A stretch of 64,000 nt of DNA, taken from an uncultured Pelagibacteraceae bacterium. GTDB lineage: Bacteria; Pseudomonadota; Alphaproteobacteria; Pelagibacterales; Pelagibacteraceae. How positions within the stretch are numbered: position 1 is the stretch's first letter; each line of letters starts with the position of its first letter. Of this stretch, positions 29,070 through 38,503 are shown piece after piece. Where the stretch lies: contig CACLAC010000004.1 in the NCBI GenBank assembly GCA_902604785.1, positions 1,526 to 65,525 on the forward strand. The letters run 5' to 3'. The position numbers and the translations under genes were made by a program. The notes below the pieces were generated by a model that had not been told where the DNA came from, did not search any database, and was given only the letters and a program-made list of their open reading frames with translations.

Positions 29070-29804
29070 TTAATTAAAATTTTCATAACCTTTCTTTTCT
29101 AATTCTAAAGCTAATTCAGGGCCACCAGATTTAATTATCTTTCCATTCATAAGTACATGAACAAAATCTGGCTTTATATAATCTAAAAGTCTTTGGTAAT
29201 GGGTAATTATTAAGAAAGAGTTACTTTTTTTTCTTAATGAATTGACACCATCAGCAACTACTTTTAAAGCATCTATATCTAAACCTGAGTCTGTTTCATC
29301 CAAAATTGAAAGTTTTGGATTTAAAATTGACATTTGTAATATTTCGTTTTTCTTTTTTTCACCACCAGAAAAACCTACATTTAGTTGTCTATTTAATTTT
29401 TCTTCATCAAATTTTAATTCCTTTGCTTTATCTTTTACTAATCTTAAAAATTCTATTGCATCTAATTCTTTTTCTCCCCTTGCTTTTCTGATCGAATTTA
29501 AAGATGTTTTTAAAAATATATTTGTATTTACTCCTGGAATTTCTAGTGGATATTGAAAAGCTAAAAATATACCTTTGTGAGCTCTCTCTTCAGTTTCAAG
29601 TGCAAATAAATTTTTATCTTCAAATAATATTTCACCTGACAAATCATAACCTTTTTTTCCAGATAATATGTTTGATAGTGTGCTTTTGCCCGATCCATTA
29701 GGTCCCATTATAGCGTGTACTTCTCCTGGATTTATTTTAAGAGAAAAACCATTTAAGATTGATTTTTTGTCTATTTTTGCACTAAGATTATTTATTTTAA
29801 GCAT
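29070..29804 (-). CDS. sufC: SufC ATPase
   Basis: GPNGSGKST, GFSGGEKK and LDETDSGLD motifs. Confidence 0.97.
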   Translation of the reverse strand: MLKINNLSAKIDKKSILNGFSLKINPGEVHAIMGPNGSGKSTLSNILSGKKGYDLSGEILFEDKNLFALETEERAHKGIFLAFQYPLEIPGVNTNIFLKTSLNSIRKARGEKELDAIEFLRLVKDKAKELKFDEEKLNRQLNVGFSGGEKKKNEILQMSILNPKLSILDETDSGLDIDALKVVADGVNSLRKKSNSFLIITHYQRLLDYIKPDFVHVLMNGKIIKSGGPELALELEKKGYENFN

Positions 29805-31241
29805 TTACCCAACACTTCCTTCTAGGCTTATTCCAACTAACTTTTGAGCTTCTACTGCAAACTCCATTGGCAATTGTTGTAATACTTCTTTACAAAAACC
29901 ATTAACTATTAGTCCTACAGCTTCTTCAGAATTTAAACCTCTTTGCTGACAGTAGTGAAGCTGTTCTTCACTTATTTTTGAAGTTGTGGCTTCATGAGCG
30001 ATATTAGACTCAGAATTTTTATTTTTTATGTATGGTACTGTATGTGCGCCACATTTATTACCCATTAGTAATGAGTCACATTGTGTATAATTGCTTGAAT
30101 TGTGAGCTTTAGACGAAATATCTACTAAACCTCTATAAGTCATATCAGAAAACCCAGCACTTATACCTTTGGAAATAATTTTGCTTTTTGTATTTTTTCC
30201 TAAATGTATCATCTTAGTACCTGTATCAGCTTTCTGATGATTATTTGTTATTGCTATTGAATAAAATTCACCAATAGAATTATCTCCTTTTAAAATACAA
30301 CTTGGATATTTCCATGTTATAGCTGATCCTGTTTCTACTTGTGTCCATGAAATTTTAGAATTTGTTCCTTTACATAGTCCTCTTTTAGTTACAAAATTAT
30401 ATATCCCTCCTTTTCCATCTTTGTCTCCGGGGTACCAATTTTGAACAGTTGAATATTTTATTTCTGCGTTATCTAGAGCAACTAATTCAACATTAGCAGC
30501 ATGCAATTGATTTTCGTCTCTCATTGGAGCAGTACATCCTTCTAGATAACTCACATAACTTCCTTTATCTGCAATGATTAATGTTCTTTCAAATTGTCCA
30601 GTATCAGATGCATTAATTCTAAAATATGTAGATAATTCCATTGGACATCTTGTGTTTGGAGGAACATAAACAAACGAACCATCTGTAAAAACTGCTGAAT
30701 TTAATGTTGCAAAATAATGATCATTTATAGGTATTACACTTCCAATATATTTTTTTACTAGATCAGGATGTTTTTGAATAGCTTCAGAAATAGAACAAAA
30801 TATTATTCCTTTTTCTGTAAGCGTATCTTTAAATGTAGTGGCCACTGAAACTGAATCAAATACAGCATCAACTGCAATTCCATTTAATCTTTTTTGCTCT
30901 TGTAGTGGGATTCCAAGTTTATTATATGTTTCTAAAATTTTTGGATCTAAATCTTTTAAATTTTTAGGTTTTTCACTAGTACTTTTGGGCGCAGAATAAT
31001 AATAAATATTTTGATAATCAATTTTTGGATATTTTGGCTTCTGCCAATTTGGTTCTTTTAAAACCTTTAGTCTATTAAATGCTTTTAATCTCCAATCTAA
31101 CATCCACTCTGGCTCTTTTTTTATATTTGAAATAAATTTAATTACTTCTTCATTCAATCCTTTAGGGGCTTTAATGGTTTCAATATCTGTGGAAAAGCCA
31201 TACTTGTAATCTTTTAATTTTTCTAATTCTTTTTCTCTCAT
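29805..31241 (-). CDS. sufB: SufB
   Basis: [26 protein letters not shown] and TWKYPS motifs. Confidence 0.98.
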   Translation of the reverse strand: MREKELEKLKDYKYGFSTDIETIKAPKGLNEEVIKFISNIKKEPEWMLDWRLKAFNRLKVLKEPNWQKPKYPKIDYQNIYYYSAPKSTSEKPKNLKDLDPKILETYNKLGIPLQEQKRLNGIAVDAVFDSVSVATTFKDTLTEKGIIFCSISEAIQKHPDLVKKYIGSVIPINDHYFATLNSAVFTDGSFVYVPPNTRCPMELSTYFRINASDTGQFERTLIIADKGSYVSYLEGCTAPMRDENQLHAANVELVALDNAEIKYSTVQNWYPGDKDGKGGIYNFVTKRGLCKGTNSKISWTQVETGSAITWKYPSCILKGDNSIGEFYSIAITNNHQKADTGTKMIHLGKNTKSKIISKGISAGFSDMTYRGLVDISSKAHNSSNYTQCDSLLMGNKCGAHTVPYIKNKNSESNIAHEATTSKISEEQLHYCQQRGLNSEEAVGLIVNGFCKEVLQQLPMEFAVEAQKLVGISLEGSVG

Positions 31242-31661
31242 TTAATTAAATTTTGTTCGATTTATTAAATCTCCTAGATTTTTATTTTTAAAAAAATCAT
31301 TTATGTAATCTCCAAGTTCATCCCATAAATCATGTGTGATACATTTTGATGATCTGCCGTTACAGCCTTTTTTAGAGTATTTTTCACATCCTATTGTTTT
31401 TATTTTTTCATCTACCGCTAGCAAAATATCTGATATTTTAACTTCAGATACATTTTTATTTAAAACATACCCACCCTTTTTGCCTCTAATACTTTTTACA
31501 ATTTTATTTTTTTTTAACTTTAAAAATAATTGTTCCAAATAAACTAATGATATCCCTTGTCTTAAAGATATATCTCTAAGAGCAACTGGAGCTTTGGCAT
31601 TAAATTTTGCAAGATCTGTCAGTGCCATCACTGCATATCTGCCTTTACTTGATAATTTCAT
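31242..31661 (-). CDS. iscR: Rrf2-family regulator IscR
   Basis: MKLSSKGRYAV, YLEQLF..L, RG..GGY; three Cys plus THDLW; heads the suf operon. Confidence 0.92.
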   Translation of the reverse strand: MKLSSKGRYAVMALTDLAKFNAKAPVALRDISLRQGISLVYLEQLFLKLKKNKIVKSIRGKKGGYVLNKNVSEVKISDILLAVDEKIKTIGCEKYSKKGCNGRSSKCITHDLWDELGDYINDFFKNKNLGDLINRTKFN

Positions 31662-31688
31662 ATTTTCCGCAATTCATGGGCTTTATAT

Positions 31689-31713
31689 ATACCCGACTAA
31701 TTTAGTCAAGTTT
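31689..31713. promoter_or_regulatory. IscR type-1 binding site
   Basis: ATACCCGACTAATTTAGTCAAGTTT matches consensus ATASYYGACTRWWWYAGTCRRSTAT; 27 nt upstream of the iscR start. Confidence 0.85.
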
Positions 31714-31790
31714 AAATAGTTTTTTAAAACTTGCATTTTGTCGCTCAATTTTGATAGAAAAATATAATTTTTTTTTGAGATTAATTATCA

Positions 31791-32456
31791 ATGACAACAA
31801 AAGATAACAAAATTTTAGAAGTATTTATACCTGGTCCTGCTGGAAGACTTGAAGCAAAATATTATAAAAGCAAAAAAAATACTTCTCCCATATGTTTGGT
31901 GCTGCACCCTCATCCTCAATATGGAGGAACGATGAACAATAAAGTTGTAGTTGATACATTTCAAACTTTTATGAACAATGATTTTTCAGTTTGCAGAGTT
32001 AATTTTAGAGGAGTTGGAAAAAGTGATGGTGAATTTGATAATGGTCAAGGAGAATTAGCAGATGCTGCTGCTGCACTTGATTGGCTGGAAAAAGAAAATT
32101 TTGATAATTCTCAATGTTGGATATCTGGATTTTCTTTTGGTTCTTTAATTGCAATGCAACTGTTAATGAGAAGACCAGAAATAAATAGATTTGTGGCAAT
32201 ATCTCCTCAACCTAATGTTTATGATTTTACTTTTCTCACACCTTGTCCAACATCAGGTATTATAATAAGTGGAAAAAAAGACGAATTAGTACCTTTTGAA
32301 AGTATAAATGAATTAAATAAAAGATTGAGTGCTCAAAAGGGAATTAAAGTGGAATTTGATATAATATCAGATGCTAACCATTTTTTTTCTAAAGTAGACG
32401 AAAAATTAATTAAATCACTTAACAAATATATAGAAAAAGAAACAGCACTTTATTAA
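31791..32456 (+). CDS. Alpha/beta hydrolase (conserved neighbour of alphaproteobacterial iscR-suf)
   Basis: GPAGRLE, LHPHPQYGGTM, NFRGVG.S.G, GFSFG and ANHFF motifs. Confidence 0.9.
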   Translation: MTTKDNKILEVFIPGPAGRLEAKYYKSKKNTSPICLVLHPHPQYGGTMNNKVVVDTFQTFMNNDFSVCRVNFRGVGKSDGEFDNGQGELADAAAALDWLEKENFDNSQCWISGFSFGSLIAMQLLMRRPEINRFVAISPQPNVYDFTFLTPCPTSGIIISGKKDELVPFESINELNKRLSAQKGIKVEFDIISDANHFFSKVDEKLIKSLNKYIEKETALY

Positions 32457-33559
32457 AAATTTTTTACCATTACGCCTCCCGTGCAAGGCTTTATACATCC
32501 AGTAGTTTCAGGAAAAGAAATGGGTAATTTTAAAAAAGATCTTATTGCAAGGTATGCAAAAGCTTGGGACTCCACAAAATCTCCATCAATACCATAATCG
32601 TCTATAAGTTTTACATCTTTATTCCACGATTTTATTATATTAACTAAAAATTTATTTTTTCTTCCTCCACCACATAAAATTGTTTTTTCCTTTTTCAAAT
32701 CTTTAAACATAGAATTAGTTTTAAAATGATAAATAAAAAGATTAGCAGTATAAAAAGTTAATGTAGCAGCTCCGTCTTTTAATGACATTCCTTTAGCAAA
32801 TGAAATATCAAAATCACCAACATCATATGATTTTTTTTCTGGATCGGTTAATTGAGAGATGTTCCAAAATTTATCAAGAATTTTTTTATTTACTTTTCCA
32901 GACTTAGCTATATTTCCATTTTTATCATATTTTTTTTTAGATTTAGTTCTTATCCATTTATCTATTAAACACATACCCGGGCCTACATCTTTTGCGGTTA
33001 ACAATCCATCATCCCAAATAGTTGTTTTATTCAATATTCCTCCTATGTTAAAAAAACTGACTTGTTTAATATTAAATTTTTTTTTCAACATCTGATGAAA
33101 TATTGGAGCTAATGGTGCCCCTTCTCCTCCATTCTTTAAATCTTTTTGTCGAAATTCATAAACTACATTTTTTTTTGTGAGTTTCGAAAGAAGCATTCCA
33201 TCGCCAAGCTGTTTAGTAATTTTTTCTGCTGCATTATGAAAAATTGTTTGTCCATGAAATCCTACAAAATCTACTTTTATTCTTATTTTTTTTAAAGTTT
33301 CATTGACTGCTTTGGCATGAAAAATTGTTATTTCTTTTTCAACAGATTTTATTTGTTTTTGATACTTTTTTAGATCTTTTGTGCTTTTTATTTTGTCTCT
33401 AAGTAGTGTTAGATTTTTATAAATATTTTTGGGATATTCAAAATATTTATCTAAAATTGCTTTATATTTAGCCTTTCCATCTGTTTGGATTATTGATGCA
33501 TCAACTCCATCCATTGAAGTACCGCTCATTAGGCCCAAAGCTGTATAAATCTTTCCCAT
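32453..33559 (-). CDS. anmK: Anhydro-N-acetylmuramic acid kinase
   Basis: GLMSGTSMDGVD, GFHGQT, GGEGAPL, NIGGI and CGGGRKN motifs. Confidence 0.95.
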   Translation of the reverse strand: MGKIYTALGLMSGTSMDGVDASIIQTDGKAKYKAILDKYFEYPKNIYKNLTLLRDKIKSTKDLKKYQKQIKSVEKEITIFHAKAVNETLKKIRIKVDFVGFHGQTIFHNAAEKITKQLGDGMLLSKLTKKNVVYEFRQKDLKNGGEGAPLAPIFHQMLKKKFNIKQVSFFNIGGILNKTTIWDDGLLTAKDVGPGMCLIDKWIRTKSKKKYDKNGNIAKSGKVNKKILDKFWNISQLTDPEKKSYDVGDFDISFAKGMSLKDGAATLTFYTANLFIYHFKTNSMFKDLKKEKTILCGGGRKNKFLVNIIKSWNKDVKLIDDYGIDGDFVESQAFAYLAIRSFLKLPISFPETTGCIKPCTGGVMVKNF

Positions 33560-33606
33560 TCTTATTTTTTTTTATTAAATAATGTATATTGTGGAATTAT
33601 AGACCT

Positions 33607-34830
33607 ATGAATAAATTTTTAAAAGAATTTAAAGACAGGGGTTATTTCTACCAGTGTACAAACGAAAATGAATTATCTGACTTATTAGATAAAAAAAGTA
33701 TTAACGCATATATTGGTTTTGATAGCACTGCTCCTAGTTTGCATGTTGGAAGCTTAATGCAAATTATGTGTCTAAAATTATTACAAGATCATGGACATAG
33801 ACCAATCGTATTATTGGGTGGGGGCACCACAAGAATAGGTGATCCATCTGGGAAAGAAGAAACTAGAAAAATTTTATCTGAAAAACAAATTGAGAATAAT
33901 ATAAAAAATATTCAAAAAGTTTTTAAAATATTTTTAAAAACAAATAATCCAAAGTTAAAACCAATTTTTGTAAATAATTATAAATGGTTAGGAAAATTAA
34001 ATTATATTAAATTTTTAAGAGAAATAGGAAGACATTTTACTATTAATAAAATGTTAAGCTTTGACAGTGTTAAACTGCGTTTAGAAAGAGAACAGTCACT
34101 TAGTTACATGGAATTTAACTATATGATTTTACAAGCATATGATTTTCTTGAGCTTAACAAAAGTAAAAATTGTTTAATACAAATAGGTGGATCAGATCAA
34201 TGGGGAAATATAGTGAATGGAGTAGAACTAATTAAAAGACAATCTGGAAATCAAGTTTATGGATTGACAACACCTTTAATAACTTTAGCATCTGGTGCTA
34301 AAATGGGGAAAACAGAACAAGGAGCTGTTTGGCTAGATAAAAAAATGTTGTCCGCTTATGACTACTGGCAATTTTGGAGAAATACTGATGATAGAGACGT
34401 AATTAAATTTTTGAAAATGTTTACAAATATATCTTTGAATGAAATTGAAAAAATTAAAGAAAATAATATTAATGATTTAAAAATTATACTTGCAAATAAA
34501 GCTACGGAGATGTTGCATGGAGATAAAGCTGCAAAAGAATCTGAAAAAATGGCTGTATCTACATTTAAAGATAACTCTTCAGGAGAAAATTTACCCAATA
34601 TTAAAATTAATAAAGAAATTTTGAATAAAAATATAATTGAGCTAGCAGCTTTCGTAACAAAAGATATTTCAAAAAGTGAAATAAGAAGAATGATCAAAGC
34701 TAATGGTATTAAAATAGACAATCAATTAATAGGCGATGAAAAATATATTATTAATAATGAATTATTTTTAAAAAAAGGATTTATAAAGTTATCAATAGGA
34801 AAAAAGAAACATTACAAAATTATAATTTAA
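33607..34830 (+). CDS. tyrS: Tyrosine--tRNA ligase
   Basis: HVGS, QIGGSDQWGN and KMGKT motifs; C-terminal S4 domain; likely ATG at 33607. Confidence 0.98.
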   Translation: MNKFLKEFKDRGYFYQCTNENELSDLLDKKSINAYIGFDSTAPSLHVGSLMQIMCLKLLQDHGHRPIVLLGGGTTRIGDPSGKEETRKILSEKQIENNIKNIQKVFKIFLKTNNPKLKPIFVNNYKWLGKLNYIKFLREIGRHFTINKMLSFDSVKLRLEREQSLSYMEFNYMILQAYDFLELNKSKNCLIQIGGSDQWGNIVNGVELIKRQSGNQVYGLTTPLITLASGAKMGKTEQGAVWLDKKMLSAYDYWQFWRNTDDRDVIKFLKMFTNISLNEIEKIKENNINDLKIILANKATEMLHGDKAAKESEKMAVSTFKDNSSGENLPNIKINKEILNKNIIELAAFVTKDISKSEIRRMIKANGIKIDNQLIGDEKYIINNELFLKKGFIKLSIGKKKHYKIII

Positions 34831-37412
34831 TTCTTTTTCAATTTTTCTAATGTTCTTGTAATAAATCTGGGTGTAAGTGTTTTAACTGGATTAACAGTTG
34901 TTTTAAGATTTTTTGGCGGTCCTTTAATTTTAAAACTAACTCCGAATACACCCTCTCCTGTTTTTTTTCCAACCAACAATTCTCCAATTAAAGGAATTTT
35001 AGCAATAGTTTTATTTATAGTAGTTGCAGGAACTAATGTGCCTCTTAAACTTATCAATTTTTCCTTTTCGATGTAACCACTCATTAGAATAGAAATAGCT
35101 GGGCCAACTGCATACATTTCATTAATTTCAGTTAATTTTTTTGATGACTTATAATCCATCTCAAAATCACTAAACCTTATTCCTTCTCCAGTTAGAAGGT
35201 CGGCTATTCCTTGCAATGAGGCAAGGGTAAGTATTTTTGCTAGAACTGGTACTTCTTTAACCTTAAAATCAAATATTTTTAGTTTTGATTTGCTAATACC
35301 ATTTTTTTCTATTGAATTATAAGAAAGATTACCCTCCTTAAAACCTTTGATGAACTTATAGTGTTTTACAAAAGGTTCGGGTTTATCAATTATCAGATTG
35401 GTGATTTTTTCATTTTTTGAGTTTGTTTTAATATTAAGATTAAAATCATGTTTATTATTTAATTTTGCAGAAATATTTCCATATTTAATCTTATTTTTTT
35501 CTATAATTATATTCCCTCTGATTTTTTTTAGGTAATCCTTATCATCAATAAAAAAGTGATCAAAATTTAATACAATTTCTGAATTTAAATTTTTAAATCT
35601 TTTTAAAATATTACTTTTTGAATTCGTCTTAAGCAAATTTATAATAATAGATTTTCCATCGAAATTATCGCTAAGCAATAAAAATTTTTTATTGTCTTTT
35701 TTAACCCTTAATTGATTAATTTTTTTATAATTATTTAAATAATTTAATTCCAACTTATCAAAATCAATTATTTTAAATTGTTTTGTCAAAAATAAATTTG
35801 ATAATGATAGATTGTTTTGACTCTCTAATAATTTTATATTTTCAAATTTAATATTTTTATTTTCAAAAATTTGCCCATTAAATTTCAATTCTGAATAAAT
35901 ATTTTTTTTCTTATTATAATTAATATCTTCCAATATTATTGGGCTAAAATCTATTTCAACTTCAGTATCAAAAATTAAATCATTCTTATTTTTAACTATT
36001 TCAAAATTAAATTTGTCATATTCATTTTTAAAAGAATAATCTCCTTTGCTAGAAATTTTTGTTTTGTTTTTGGAAAAATCAATATTAATTGAGGTATTTT
36101 TTAATTTAAAAATATTTTTGAAATCTGGAAAAATTTTTTTTAACCTAGGAGATTTATAATCAATTAAAATTTCATCTAAATTTAATATAGACTTAACAAT
36201 TAAATTTTTAATTTCATTTTTTCCATTTATTGAGAATTTAATTTGATTTTCAGAACCAAATAATAAATCTTGATTTTTAATAATTTTATTGATGTTTTTA
36301 AAGTAATTTAATAATTCACTTGAATTAACTAAATTTTTCTCATTTTTAATGAGAGCCTCTATTAAAAGATCTTTGCTATCTTTCTTAACAATTTTGATAT
36401 TTATATTGTCATTTTTGTTATTTTTGTAATCATCTTTTACAAATGAGTATCCGCTTTCAATATCAATTTCTAAATTATTTTTTTTATAATTTGAGATTAT
36501 AGTCCCATTTTTTAAATAAATTAAATTTTGAATTTTTTTATTAATAAAAATTTCTTTAAATTTTATTTTGGAATATAAATCTAAGTCTTTTATTTTATTG
36601 TTTGAATTTATTTTAAATTTAAATTTATTATCAATAGATGCTAAAATTTTTCTATTTTCTAGAAAATCTAAATTCAGATTAAAAAGTTTTGAATGAAAAT
36701 TTGGATCTATCAGCCCTTCATTGTTTGCTAGGTCGCCTTCAATTTTATAATGTTTCTCTAATTTTTTTATTAATATTTCTTTTGATGAAAAATTTACTTC
36801 TTCATAATTAAAAGAGGCCTTATTGATAGTATATTTTTTATCTTCTATTTTAAATAAAAAATTAATATCTTTAATTTTTATATTATTTAAGACATTTAAT
36901 TTACCTTCGCTTATTTTTCCATTTAGATTATATGTTAATTTTGATTTATTATTTTCAATATTGTTTATATTGATATCTGCTTCAATGAACCCATCTTCTA
37001 TTTGATTATAAATTATTAATCTTGGTAAACTAAATTTATATGAATTTAAAAAATTTGTAATTTTTTCAATTTTGTTTTTTTTTGTAGATATTTTAATTTC
37101 TTTTAATGAGTTTTCATTTTTTAATACTTTTAGAATATTTAAATTTATATCTATTTTGGAAAGATCGATAAATTCATTATTAAAATTAAGTTTAGCATTT
37201 TCGGTATTAATTTTTATAGTTTTTTCATTTATGTCTAATTTTAGAAAAACATCATTAATTTCTAATGACAATTTTGAATCATATGTTTTTAATTTATCTA
37301 AAATTAAACTATTGAATCTCTCTGTTTTTATTCCAAAAATACTAAAATAAATTATGAAAATAGTAATTGCTCCAATTATTGATAATATAGAAAATATTAA
37401 ATACCTACGCAT
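34827..37412 (-). CDS. AsmA-like/YhdP (DUF3971-type) envelope protein
   Basis: N-terminal TM, long beta-rich body; C-terminal LAKILTLASLQGIADLL.GEGIRF, GTLVPA and NP..TLTP motifs. Confidence 0.75.
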   Translation of the reverse strand: MRRYLIFSILSIIGAITIFIIYFSIFGIKTERFNSLILDKLKTYDSKLSLEINDVFLKLDINEKTIKINTENAKLNFNNEFIDLSKIDINLNILKVLKNENSLKEIKISTKKNKIEKITNFLNSYKFSLPRLIIYNQIEDGFIEADININNIENNKSKLTYNLNGKISEGKLNVLNNIKIKDINFLFKIEDKKYTINKASFNYEEVNFSSKEILIKKLEKHYKIEGDLANNEGLIDPNFHSKLFNLNLDFLENRKILASIDNKFKFKINSNNKIKDLDLYSKIKFKEIFINKKIQNLIYLKNGTIISNYKKNNLEIDIESGYSFVKDDYKNNKNDNINIKIVKKDSKDLLIEALIKNEKNLVNSSELLNYFKNINKIIKNQDLLFGSENQIKFSINGKNEIKNLIVKSILNLDEILIDYKSPRLKKIFPDFKNIFKLKNTSINIDFSKNKTKISSKGDYSFKNEYDKFNFEIVKNKNDLIFDTEVEIDFSPIILEDINYNKKKNIYSELKFNGQIFENKNIKFENIKLLESQNNLSLSNLFLTKQFKIIDFDKLELNYLNNYKKINQLRVKKDNKKFLLLSDNFDGKSIIINLLKTNSKSNILKRFKNLNSEIVLNFDHFFIDDKDYLKKIRGNIIIEKNKIKYGNISAKLNNKHDFNLNIKTNSKNEKITNLIIDKPEPFVKHYKFIKGFKEGNLSYNSIEKNGISKSKLKIFDFKVKEVPVLAKILTLASLQGIADLLTGEGIRFSDFEMDYKSSKKLTEINEMYAVGPAISILMSGYIEKEKLISLRGTLVPATTINKTIAKIPLIGELLVGKKTGEGVFGVSFKIKGPPKNLKTTVNPVKTLTPRFITRTLEKLKKN

Positions 37413-38503
37413 TGATTTTATAAAGAGAGCTTTCTAAAAAACTATCTATATCTCCATCTAAAACTTTATCTGGACTCGAGTTTTCATAATTAGTTCTGTT
37501 GTCTTTAACCATTCTGTATGGGTGTAAAACGTAAGATCTAATCTGGTGCCCCCAACCTATATCAGATTTATTATTTTCTATTTTTGTATTTTCTTTTTTT
37601 TTCTTTTGTAATTCAAATTCATATAGTCGTGCTTTAAGCATATTCATACAAGTTTCTTTATTCTTGTGTTGCGATCTTTCATTTTGACATTGTACCACAA
37701 TTTTAGTTGGGATATGTGTTATTCTTACTGCGCTATCTGTTGTATTAACATGCTGACCGCCTGCTCCACTAGATCTATATGTGTCAATTCTCAAATCTTT
37801 TTCGATTATATCAATATCAATATTTTCATCTATGACTGGATAAATCCAAACACTTGCAAAGCTTGTATGTCTTCTAGCACCAGAGTCAAAGGGTGAAACT
37901 CTTACAAGTCGGTGGATCCCTGATTCAGACTTTAAAAAACCATATATATAATCTCCTGAAATTTTTATCACAGAAGATTTAATACCAGCTTCATCTCCTC
38001 GGTGTTCGCTGATTAATTCAGTGTTATATCCTTTGTTTGAGGCCCATTTCATATACATTCTTCTCAGCATTAAGGCCCAATCTTGACTTTCAGTACCTCC
38101 TGCTCCCGCATGAAATTCTAAATAAGCATCTAATATATCATTTTCATTTGATAAAAAACATTTGATCTCTAACTTTTTAACCTCTTCTTTTATTATTTTA
38201 AATTTATTTATTGTCTCTTTAATAATTTGATTATCATTTTCGTCTTTTGCTAAAAGATAAATTTCATACAAATCATTATTTTCTTTTTCAAAATACTTGC
38301 ATGAATTAATTAAAAAATCGTAACTTTTTTTCTTCTTTAATATCTTCTCTGCTTCGTCTTTATTATTCCAAAAATTTTTTTCTTGGATGGCTCTATCTAA
38401 ATCAATTAGTTTTTTTTCAATATCCTGTTTTTCAAAGAAACTCCTTAATTCTTTGATTAACTATTCTTATATCTGATTTGTATTTTTCTATTTCTGATTC
38501 CAT
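37405..38503 (-). CDS. prfB: Peptide chain release factor 2 with programmed +1 frameshift (about 365 aa)
   Basis: SPF and GGQ motifs; 23-codon ORF1 from ATG 38503 ends CTT-TGA and the +1 frame is open into the main ORF. Confidence 0.97.
38431..38446 (-). promoter_or_regulatory. prfB frameshift cassette
   Basis: Minus strand reads AAGGAG TTT CTT TGA A: internal SD, 3-nt spacer, slippery CTT-TGA. Confidence 0.93.

Noticed and set aside
34827-37412. Very AT-rich K/N/I-rich long ORF as a foreign or novel gene
   Set aside because: Conserved AsmA-like C-terminus and core position next to tyrS; composition matches other envelope genes (lptD, lptF)
37405-38271. Apparently truncated or pseudogenised prfB
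   Set aside because: Explained by the programmed +1 frameshift
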